Notes under the pieces: model-generated
The model's database searches: none
What the model saw: the letters and a program-made list of their open reading frames with translations, nothing else
Told to the model about the DNA's origin: nothing
Position numbers and translations under genes: made by a program
Assembly: GCA_963924565.1 (NCBI GenBank)
Contig: OZ004615.1
Location: 17,298,001 to 17,362,000 of the forward strand
Direction of reading: 5' to 3'
Source: Ascidiella aspersa
Lineage: Eukaryota
DNA: 64,000 nucleotides
Shown here: in pieces, positions 50,101 to 62,100 of the stretch
How the letters are laid out: each line of letters begins with the position of its first letter
Numbering within the stretch: the stretch's first letter is position 1

Positions 50101-53100
50101 GTTCACAGGTGCCGACCCGCCGCCTCCGACTCCGTTGTAAGAGGTGTGAGTTGGCGACTCTTCCTGGATCCAGGAGTTGTCCACCGGAGGCGGGAGATTG
50201 GTCTGTGCGGTCTGCAACAATGGGATGTGTTCTTACTTCTTAACACGAGATATAACGAGCGATTTGCTGTACGACGATGTTGCACGATGTAGGAAAACAA
50301 TGGAATAATAAAATATGCTACTTAAAACATACCTAGTTAAGGTTTTAACCAAGTGTAAGGAACATGAAGAGCTCGTGTTATTTCAAATAGTGTTGAATCA
50401 TAAATTAAGAACGTGATTGTAATGCCCATTTGATTTTATGTTACAAATATTTTATAGGTGCTTTTGTTCCTGTATATACTAGGAACTACAAGCCGTGGGA
50501 TAAGCTTTGGTGAATTGTAGGAAATGTTGTGATCCAATTTATTTAGGAATTAGCGACTAAAAAGCAAACGGGTAACTGTAATTAGTATTGGTTTAATGAG
50601 AATGGTGATTTGAATCCTCGATATCCTAATAGTTTCAAGTAAAGTTCCCTATGCATGCTACCAAGCAAAACCGTATCATTCTGTACCACCTTCATGTTGA
50701 TGTCTCCCATGCACTTGAGAGCCTCCTTTAGGCTCTGGTACATCTTCACCATCGTGTCCCTCCTTTCTGCTTCCTCTGCCGACTCCTCCATCAGATTGTT
50801 CTGTCGTCAACAAAATTACTTTTAAAATATATATAAAGCATTAGAAAAAATCACAGTGACGGCGATAGGTTTTAAACCATTACCAACGCCGCTCTTCCAA
50901 AAAATACAAATACTTTAATAGAGTTATAAAAGATATCGCGCACTTTAAACCAGGGGTGCTGAGTTGGATAAGAACTTTAAAGCAACCAGAGTTTAACTAT
51001 GCCTGAAAAATAAAGTCGAATCCTAGTCCGTAGAGTCCAGAGTCCGGCTCTGGAGACCAACACTACTGCGCATTTTTAACGCTTCTGCAAAGTTGGCAGG
51101 ATGGCAGCTCGTGCCGCCGATAAGACACACATATAACCTCGCTATCGGTTTGCGCCCGTTTAATGAGACCACTGATATGCTGTCTGCTGGTGAAGCTTAC
51201 CGCATTCCCTGTGGAGTAGAGGTGAGCGAGAACTTCCGTGCTGATAAATTCCTTTGTCTGTTTGAAATATAACACAACACATGTGACAACAAACAACAAA
51301 AGTGTATCAGTGTATGGCAGGTATACTGTATTAAACAATATTAACGCGAGAACAAAAATTTGAATAATTTGATTGAAGTTTGATTTACTTCTGAATGGCT
51401 TGTTAGGTGTGTTCTTCGTGTAACAAATAAGCAGTCATAACTAACAATAATGAATCAAATGCCGAATTTGAAAAGAATCAAATAATAGATTTTTGTGCCA
51501 ATCGTCAAATCATATTGGTTTTAAATATCAACTACCAGCATCTCAACTACACAAGTTTTGTTAAAATAATTCGCTTTAAATACCCAAAACGGCCAATGAA
51601 ACGCAAAACTTACCGACCTAGTTCAAGTCACTATCGACTGCTAAAAAACACCAAGCATTCACTCGCCTGGTTGATCATGATGTTCATAACGATCTTTGGC
51701 ACCAGATCGCGGATTGTTTTGTTGACGATGGCGATGTAGCTGTCCACCAGGTTCCTGATCGTCTCTACTTGCCTCTCGAGCTGAGGGTCCAGACTGGAGG
51801 ATGCCGATGCTGCGTCGGAAGAGGAAGAATGGCTGGAAGAGGTCTACGGTTCGAAAGGAACAATGCGAGTTAAAAGGAAGTTTTTTTAACGTAGTTTTTG
51901 ACAGTTTACCGGTAATGGAAATGGACTTACTTCTATTTAACAGAATTTTGAAAGACTTGTTGAAAATGAATGTTTAAACGTTTGAAAATATATACCATTC
52001 ACCAAACACCATTTAAGTGAAAGAGCACTATTGGTGGAAAATATGTTTTACTTGAACGTTCTTGAAGGTTTACTTAAAAAGTGGCAATAAATATCTTTGC
52101 TATAAAACCTATTTCCAGTTAGTAGGCTTGTTGTGCGGTGAAGTGCGCGGAAAACACATAAAAATATATGTTTTTTTTTGCACTTCCAGGCACAGGTTTT
52201 GGTAAGTGTTCTTTAGGAACAGGTCGAATCGTCTTTTTTGGCGTTTTTAAAGAATTTGTTACACATGTTGCGAAATGTTGGAAAACTTTATACGGATATT
52301 TATAGTTGTGAATATATCAGGATAACTTGTACAATGTAAATGGAATATTGGCAAAAAGTTGACAGAGCGGTTGCAATTTTTGGAAAGTAGCAAGTGGATT
52401 AAATACGTCTCAATTCGAATTTATTCGTGTTACAGAAAGGTCATGCTCTTTTGATACTTCAGGCGTTCCAAAAAAATTCCAAAAAGATCGATTTATACGA
52501 ATTTGCGTTTACTTTTCGAACGCAGCCTTCCTTATAAAAAGAAAGTTTGCTTTAAATCACCCTCACCTCAGTGGATCGTTCAGGGTAAACTCCAGCGCGA
52601 AGCAGCGAGGCTTTCCAGCTATCCACCACTTCTTGGGTCTCAGCGGATAACTCAAGTTGCCTGTAAAGCAATAAAGCACGGTCACAATTTAAAAACGACT
52701 CTAAGCGTAAGTGAAACTGATATGCATTTTAAGGAGAGTGAAAAAATATACAAATTAAGCAAATGACTTTATCACCTGTGTTATAAATCGCAAAGTTGAA
52801 ATGTGTTATACGATTAAATACGTTTTTAAGAAATTCTGATCCGCAAACATGTGCTTTCACTGTCGAAAAAATAACTGAAATAACTCATATTTAAACCGCA
52901 ATTTTTTTCTCATAAGAAAAAAATAAGATTTGGTAATAGTTAGGGACTTTTTTTCTGCGCTATATATATTATATACATTTGGTTTGGTTTAAGAGTGGAA
53001 ATTTGTCGTGTAAATCTTACCTATAATCTTTGTAGACGTTTCTCGATTCCGTGTTAAACAAAGCAAAGCCATATTTGCTCGACATGAATCCCTTTTCGAG

Positions 53101-56100
53101 ATCGCGCATACGAATGTTGTCCAGCGACAGGACAAACTTTTTGTCTTTTTCCTAGAAAGTTAAAGCAACATAAACATTTACAAACACTAAGCTAACAATT
53201 GCAACACTTTGGTTAATACATCCAACATCGCTTCGAAAAAAATGAATAAAGAAAATGTTTAGATTAGAGACTCAGTGGTCAACCTATTACGAGTGGTGGC
53301 CCATTTTATTGAACAAAACACTTTGTGGCCCCAGGGCTGCGGAGTCGGACTCGGGACTCGAGGAGTCAGTTTGTTTTACTGGAGTCGGACTCGGGACTCG
53401 AGGAGTCAGTTTGTTTTACTGGAGTCGGACTCGGGACTCGAGGAGTCAGTTTGTTTTACTGGAGTCGGACTCGGGACTCGAGTAAGATCACGTAAAACTA
53501 CCCGACTCCACGTTGTTTTATTTACGTTATAGGTGGAAATACAGGATGTAGAGTGTAGAGTCAGGGTAGGACTAGGGACTCGACAAAATCGCATATTAGA
53601 CCGGAGTCGGACTTGGGTTTTTTTTTAACCGACTCCACAGCCCTGGACTGGCCCCTTGCTCACGTTTTAGAATAATGCTTCATAAAACGTTACAAGAGAA
53701 GTCTTAAAGATGTAGTAAAAGCCACAAATCGAGTTTAACTGCCTACTAATCAAAAACATATATGTTTGTGAACCTCAGAAGGAGGCTTCACTCCTAGATG
53801 GTCCGCGATTGAGAAACGATGGTTTAGGCTACAGGCCTTCTGGTGACGAGCATTTTGAGACCAAATTCTTTATTCTTTTTTGGCTTAGTCTCTAAAGTCA
53901 AATGCTGTGGTCGGCAACGAATGTATAAGCCTAGACAGAATGTTTTTTCCCTTTACTTCGGTTTTTCTGATTCTTCGGCCGACATAGTCGCCAAGTCGCC
54001 AAAATTCTGCCATACTGGCTACAGGGTTGAAACAAACGACCGCCAATGCAAAAATAGGTCTATTCGAAGGTCAATTAACATTCACAACGTAGCATACTAT
54101 TTTCGGACACAAATGTTTGAAAATGTTGAGCTATTTTAAAAACGATTAAAGCAATAAATAATTCTTCTGCTTATACACTGTACCACGGACGCACTGTCGT
54201 TCAAACAAAACTCCAAACTAATTTTTGTGCGATGGCAGGACAATAATCGAAACTCGTGATTTGTGCAACCTACCTCATCATCTTTGTACCACTGAAGGTT
54301 CTCCGCACTTAAAGTGAACCAGAATTCCTTGGAACCACCCCGGATAAAGCTTAAGTTGTGCATCGTTAGCCATCCTTTGCGGATAACCTGGTTAAAAAAG
54401 CAAAACAGGTTCAACTCGACAGGTTGTCGGGAAGGTTTCGTCTTTCGTCCGGTTATAGTTTGTCAAGAATGTGTGTCAGTTTAATTGTTCGGCCATATTT
54501 AGCTGGAATTTTTTTTAAACTGTAAATTTTAAAGATCCACCATTTTTATTGATGTGAGGAATCTTTATTTTTCCCCCCGAAGGCTTTAACTGGCAAACAA
54601 ACATGTAAAAAATCTACTAAAATTTACTTTTAAAGTTTCTAATTATGACAAAGTCCAGTGGTATATTTTAAAAGAGAAGTTTACAATCTAGCATCACAAA
54701 ATTTTATAATACAAATTTAATGAGCATGTTGTTTTACTTTGTACCTAAAGGGAATACCTGCCAAGCACCTTGTCAACAGATAACTTAAAAATGCAAAATT
54801 TTTGCACAGCACATATGCGCAGACACAGCAGTTTTACAAGTTTGCAGAACAATTAATAAGCAATTATTGGTGAAACGGTTAATATGCAATGTTAGTCATA
54901 ACATTGTGAAACATGCATAAAATAACTAAGCATTTTGCAATTAATAACAAAATACTGAGAACCTGTCGCATATAAAAAAGAATGGCAGCTAGAAATATAT
55001 GTCTTTTAGTGTGAATTTGTTGTGATGCGTATAAATGTGCATGCAATTGGGAAGATAGTGTCTTGCGTTGATTAATAACATTTAATGCAGTGGTTTAACA
55101 TAGGGGTTTAGGTCAAGTATGTACGGCCAATACACTGCAGACTTCAGCAACTAGATAATTCTAGGGTTCCAATTCAATGAATCAGAGCAAAATGCGGCCA
55201 ATTCTAATTTTAATCTAATTTAGGAATTGCTTGTGTCATCTAATTCTAGTTATAATCTAGTTCGGATTTTAACAAAAATTCTTCTTTGTCCAGTGGCATT
55301 TTTAGTCTTTTAGTCAAAACAAAGAATTTAAATTAAAACTCTTTGGATGGAACGACTTGTATGTAACTTTTTACAGTCTAAAAAGCATATGCAATGCTAA
55401 AATCCATAAAATTAACACACGCATATTTACCATTCATATTCTTAATTAGAATAATTCACGATTTAAATGAAATTAATTGTGAATAATCAAAGTAATTCTA
55501 GTTGAAACTTGCTTTGTTAAGAATGTGGTAATTCTAATTCCAAATAAATCTAGTTGTCCCAAGTCTAACACAGCGTTACGTGCATTGCCGTGTTACATTA
55601 GTATAAACAGTAGCCATATGTTTGTGTTATCCTAAGTATGATTTCACTGTTTAATGTATGGCAGCACTTGGTTAGTGTGTGAAAGTTGTGTTTATGTGAA
55701 CTAAAACTAGCAGTGCTGTGCAGGCATTTGTGGCAGTTAATGGTCAAACCTTCACCAGGACTCAAAGCAAACCCACCATATCCTATAAATAACAATCAAG
55801 CAGTGGTTATTAGTGGCTCATTAGATCACAAAAATGTGAAATCAGCATATAGGGTGATGTGAATGGTGTTACGTACTGGATGCAACATTGTTATTTCCTT
55901 GTTGCATTTAAAGTTGCAGCAAATGAACACACTGTGATTGTTTCACTAGATGGCCACACAAAGATCTATATATTTTCTTTTTATAGAATTTTTTATTTGG
56001 AGTTAAACATTAATTTTCGTTAAGTGGTATGCATATTTGCAGTCATGCCAAATCTTAGTTTATTTTTCTTAGTATTATATCCACCATACAACTACCAACT

Positions 56101-59100
56101 GTATAGATCAACAAAATGTGAATCAAGTGATATTTATCAGCATTACATACAGTATATGCTGAATCACGTAAGGTCTGTCTATTCTACATCAAACACAGTC
56201 TACATCTACAATTCTTGTAACAGCAAAACAACTGTGGTTACCTGATTGCCGACAACTTTTTTCTTTGTTCCCCGGTCAACTCCTTTTTGTGAAGCACTAT
56301 AAGAATTTTTTTTAAGTTTAATTGTAGGAAACTAGCTTAATTAATAAAATAAATATGAGTTACCTTGACAAATAAATATAATAACCTAAAGTAACTTTTC
56401 AAAAAGATGGCTACATCATGTTTCAATGATCACCAATCACCAAAAATTAATTCTTCTTTAAACATAATTAGTTATATATAAAAAAAAAAAAATTAATACT
56501 TGTACCAAATACAATATTATTCATGCAAATAGAAATTTGAACAATTAATATTTTTTGGTCGGAAACCATTAAAAAAATAGAACAAATATTAAAAAAGGTG
56601 TATCCAGTTTTGTATGGTGGTAATAAAAGTAATTGAGAAAGAAATACGTTAGTAGATCAAGAAAATCAAAAGCGCCCCTTTTTTGCATGTGTATTTCAAC
56701 ATTGTAATTTCACATTCGCGAGAGTTATTAAAATCAACGACCTAAACACTAATATTTCATATGTATAAATATATAAATATATACAAAGCCAAAGCAAACT
56801 ATTACACATTATAAATATACTGGATACACCACAAAAACGAAGTAAAAGTTTTAAATTTAACAGAATGACATGCCAATTAAAACATGCAAAATTGTGCAAT
56901 AAGGAATCGCAATTCAAAGTTTTTTACTTGGCAAAACCGATAAAATCTTCATGGTTTGTGTTTATGTAAGAGATCTCACAATCTAGCAAAAAGTCGACCT
57001 ACGCAAAACAAAATAAAGGAAGCTCATAAGTCTAGAGTTAAAATTAGAAGGTGCTTGAAAAAGGCAAGACAGAGAAAAATCAACTTCTTGACCGATTAAG
57101 TATTTGAAAATGTGCAAGTCATAGGCATATAAAAGATGTTTTAAATAACAAATCTAATCAATTGTTTTAGGTTACAGTCTCTAAACGCTGTCAAATTATT
57201 TTTAAACAAGCAAGTAGGTTTTCTACAAAAAAATAGGAAATTTTCTACAAAAATAAGCCTTGAATAAAAATCATTGAGATTAATTCTAAAATATAAGAAG
57301 TTGATTTTAGCCTGAAGAACTTTTTCAAAACATGGCCTTGAATAACTTTAGGTCAAGCATGATGTCAGGAATGAGTCATTCCAAGTGCAAAGGAAAATAT
57401 TTAGAGTGATCCCCCCTTCAAATTTTCGATAAAGACAACATATTGTAGTATGATTTTGCCCAAATTTTTTTCTCAATGTTTCAAAAAATACAAATATGAG
57501 ATTTAAAACCCCTCAGCTAAAATAAATCCCAAAGCAACTTTTTCCTATAGGATTTGTTGACCGCACATCCTGACAAGACATGCTCCTTCATCCACATACA
57601 CTTACGCTGCAAAGCCTATGAAGTCTTCGTGCATTTTATTTATGTAACAATATTCAAAATCAATCAACCTTAGAATCTAAGAATAAAAACACATGGTCAT
57701 ATTATGACTTATAAAACTATGCATCTTCTTAACTACAGTTACAGAAGAATTATTATTAAAACATAAAGTAAAAAAAAAAAACTTTGTCATCATTTGTCAT
57801 AAAACCTTTGTCATCATTTGTCAGCGTGTAACTTCTTTTTAAGTTAAAATCAAATTTAAATGAAAAAGACACAAAGTGCCTTAAACAGAAAAAATATTTT
57901 ATTTTATTTACAAGTTTCTAATAGGTAAAGTTTTAATTTAGCCCTCTGTGAATCAACATTTTTTCTTTTTTAATTTAACAACAGGTATAATTTTTTGGGG
58001 GGCATTTTTATCTAACTGTCAATATATATATTTAATGTGGCAGAAAAGCTGTTCAAATATTACAAATAAGTTTAATTGTGATTTATCATAATAAAAGTTA
58101 ACAAACTTCACTAGTTAATGCACAGTTATTGCATTATTTAAGATGCCATACAATACTGTGCACATTTTGAACTTGAAGGAGTAAACAAGCAAACTCAAAA
58201 AAGAGGACATCAACATATTTTTACTGTTTGTAATTTTGCTGCATGTGGTAAATTTAGAATCTTTTTTGTGAGGGAAATCCTAATTTGGTTATCCCAACAA
58301 TCCCAGACATACTTTGCAGTGAACATTAATCAAATGTTATACAGCGAGAAACTAAAACTATTGCTAATTAATCCTATCTGCATTGTGGACACACATCAGA
58401 TAATGTTAGACAGGTTGTAACTATTAAGTACGATATACGATTGAGTTACATAACTTTGGGTATCAACTGAGGGATTAACTTGGTCCGCAAAGGGTTAAAC
58501 ATATTTAACAGGCTAATCAAAATTATATGTTGGAAATTCACCAGTCTGTAAAAGGGTTTAGAAACGTTTAGCTCCAATAATTTAAACTAAATATTGCAAA
58601 CAGTGGTGAAAATACCTGTGCCTTAGTTTGACTCTCTTTTTGCCTAACATGTGTGCTCACAATTCTGTCTGTTTCCTCCCGTAGCATTGGGTATCGCGAC
58701 ATCTGCATGAAAATTTGACATAAATTTATTAGTTTTTTTTTTCGCATTGAACAAATAATATATTTGAGTACTACATCAAAGAGACATGAAAGTACTTAAC
58801 TGTTACAACTAAAAGTGCTACATGAAAGAGAAATAAAGGTACCTACTTTTTGGCTACATATCCGCAGTACATTCATCAATTCACTGCTCACCATGTCCAC
58901 ACATTTTACAGCAGGCTCCTGAAAAAGGTTAAACATTTATGTGCAATAAAGAGAACATTACGATTTGGGAAGCAACAAAAGGGTAAAACAGTAACTAAAA
59001 TAAATTTAATTCATGGGTATGTAGATTGACTATGTTGAAAAAGCAGCAGTTTCTTACAGAAACACTGCATTTATAAAACCTTGGTTATTTTAACAAATCA

Positions 59101-62100
59101 TAACAAAAAAGCAATAGAGACATTGACCAGAATTTAAGCACAAATATAACACTCAGGCTATGAAACCATCAGAACAATTATTTATTACAAATCATTTTAA
59201 GGAAAGGCAGATATTTTCTTTCTATTAATTTAAAGCATGAATATTGCATTATTTAGTTCAGTGAAACTGTTTGAAAATGTCTACAGTCCTATATGCTCCA
59301 CCTAGGGTCCAGGAATCATGGATAGCAAATATCTGAACAAGAAAACCAATTATAATTTTAGGTACCTTTAAACTTTTAATTTGGCTTTTTACAATTTCCT
59401 CGAAAGCTTGATCTGGTGTGAACAAGCCAGTCCTGATACCATGAATATTTTGGATCACAACTGAAATTTCTCTACGCAGAGTTTGTTCATCAAGATCCAT
59501 CTAAAAAGTTACAAATTATGACATAAAATCCAAACCTTGTAACTAACATGGCTATAGCTGGGGAAATGAAACCAAGCCTGTCAATAGAATTACTTAATGC
59601 ATTTGTGTTGTTACTTTTACTTGTCTCACTAAATGGAAACTTTCAGTTAGAATAAATTCAACAGTTGACAAGCATAGTTGTAGGTTACGGCAAACTACAT
59701 TAATAAAAAGTGTTTTTTACATTAATTAACAGTACTACACCTTGGAAATGAAGTTTATTTATGGGTTATTAAACTGTGTGTTGGTTGTAGCATTGCATGT
59801 TCAATAGTATAAATTCGACAGCTGACAAGCATACTTGTAAGTTACAGCTATCTCCATGAATAAAAAGTCTTGTCACTTTATTGAACAGTACTACAGCTTT
59901 TAAAGGAAGTTGATTCATGTGTTATTTAACTGTGTGTTCGTTGCAGCTTTGGTATGTTTGATAGTGGACAGTGGACGGATGCTGAATGCGCTTTTAATAG
60001 CAGCAAAATATGTAATCCTTGATTTTCCAGATTAAATTTATCCTGGTTTCCCCATAGGCTAGCTTTGACCATCTCAATAAAGAACAGCATTTAGGTATTC
60101 AGCCAAAATATAATCTGTTGGTTTATAATTTTTACCATTGAAGCACCCGACAAAGTCACCTTACAAAACATAAAACATTTACAAAAATTACTGTAATATT
60201 AATAGCTATACTGGGTATATTAAATATTCTATTACAGAGAAACACACTTACGAGACATCACTCAAACCAGAATTTTTTTAAACTAAAGTATATTTGATAG
60301 AAGTACCAGAATGTTCACCTAAAATTTACCTCTTTCTGCAATTCTTCTTTGTATTTTTTGCCACAGCTTGGATCCCATAATCTTGGAAAAGTCTACCATA
60401 CAACATTACATTTACCTGAATATACTGGTTTTCTAAACTTTTTTTCTAATATCTAAAATATTATACTAACGAACTCGCTGCAATTTGCATTTAACACTGT
60501 TTTCTCATCTACCACTCATCTGTCATTTTTGTTTAATTTAATATTGCAAATATGCACATCATAAGATGTTTCAAAAGGTTAACGACACTGACATGCTACA
60601 CAGGTTAGAAAAATATATTGCACATTGCTATCCCTGCAGCAAAATATGAACCTCATAAAACTGGCGCTTTTTTTAGAAGTAAAGAGAGTAGTTCTTTCCA
60701 AATCTATAATGATATTTGATTTTCTTTCCTAGACCTTGGCACAATTGGACAAGGATATGGTTCAAAGACTCAGCCTGCATAAAGCCTGCTATGCTAAAGA
60801 CTAGAAAATAACTGAGACTGAGACTAAGACAAAAAATGGCCACAGAGCGGGATGAATTTAATTGGGGTTCGTAATTAGCCTAATTAAAATTAGGCAAATC
60901 ATGGAAAAAAGTCAAACAGTTTTTATCTAGCTTTTACTGAAGTAAAATTTCACATAGCAATGCAGTTGGTTTACCTTGACAAGTTCGTAGGGAAACCGTT
61001 CATGGAATATTCTGTTAATTTTCGCTCCCCCAGAAAGTTCACTTGTGTCGATTGAGGCTCCAGTTCCCTCGATCAGTTGCTCAAACGATTGGTTAAAAGC
61101 CTGAATCATTCTGCATGGAGTGATAAAACATTATTGACTGTAACTTGCAATCGAACAGCCTTGAACTTCACAGAAAACATATTGCAGACTTTAACAGTGG
61201 ACAAAGCCATACTAGATGTATTTGAACTTTTAACATTTCAATAATGATTAAAGAAACTTTATCTCACTGGTTTGTATATCTTTTTAGAATCAATATAGAT
61301 TCTAAAATAGTTTTAAAGAGTTTTATAATCTATATTGTATCAAGGTTCTTGCTATCTTACTGCAGCATAGCCTTAGTCTTGCGAGCTGGATCATCAGGCT
61401 GATAATTCTTATACTCTTCCACTTCCTTCTCGATTTCCATCATTTGCTTTTGTAGTTTGGCTTGGAGTGCTGGCAGTGTGTCTTTGATGTGGTTTGTCAA
61501 TTGCTGGAAAAAAGTGGACAATAAAATATTGGTAAAAAAATTGTTTTATGGTTACAAACACAAACCAACAAGTAAAGGAAAAAAATATAATGAACATATA
61601 TATGCTTTAATTTACTGGATGTTCGGACCTGGTTAAGAACTTTCTGAAGATGCGGCGTTCCCAGACGATCAGCCATGTGACGATAAGAAGAATGGCTGAT
61701 GAAGAAGCGGCGTTCAGCAGCTAAGGCTGCCCTGATGTCTTTGTTTCCATCAATATCTTTCTGACTGCGGTTCACCACACCAATGTAACCTATAAGTTGT
61801 TTGATTGAGAGTTATAAATCATTTATAGCCACTGTTATAAATACAATGATCACGTATCCTTCAGTTACTATATATGGCCAAGAAGCAGAATATATTTTTA
61901 AGTGTTGCAGCTTGCACACAATTTATTTTTAGCCTGAGCAAGGGAGGTGTATTGGCTTTATGTTTATTTTCTAACTATAGTGATTTATAAAACAATTCAA
62001 ATTTACCTTGAAGGAGTACACTTTAGGAGAGATTTATGGGTTTACTTTTATTATAAATTTTATTATTTACTACTAAAATTAAAAAATATATATATTTAAA

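Noticed and set aside
53341-53481. CRISPR-like regular repeats (also the GGACTCG clusters at 10, 31 and 32 kb)
   Set aside because: The units are identical with no unique spacers, lie inside TIR-bounded MITEs, and there are no cas genes in this eukaryotic context.
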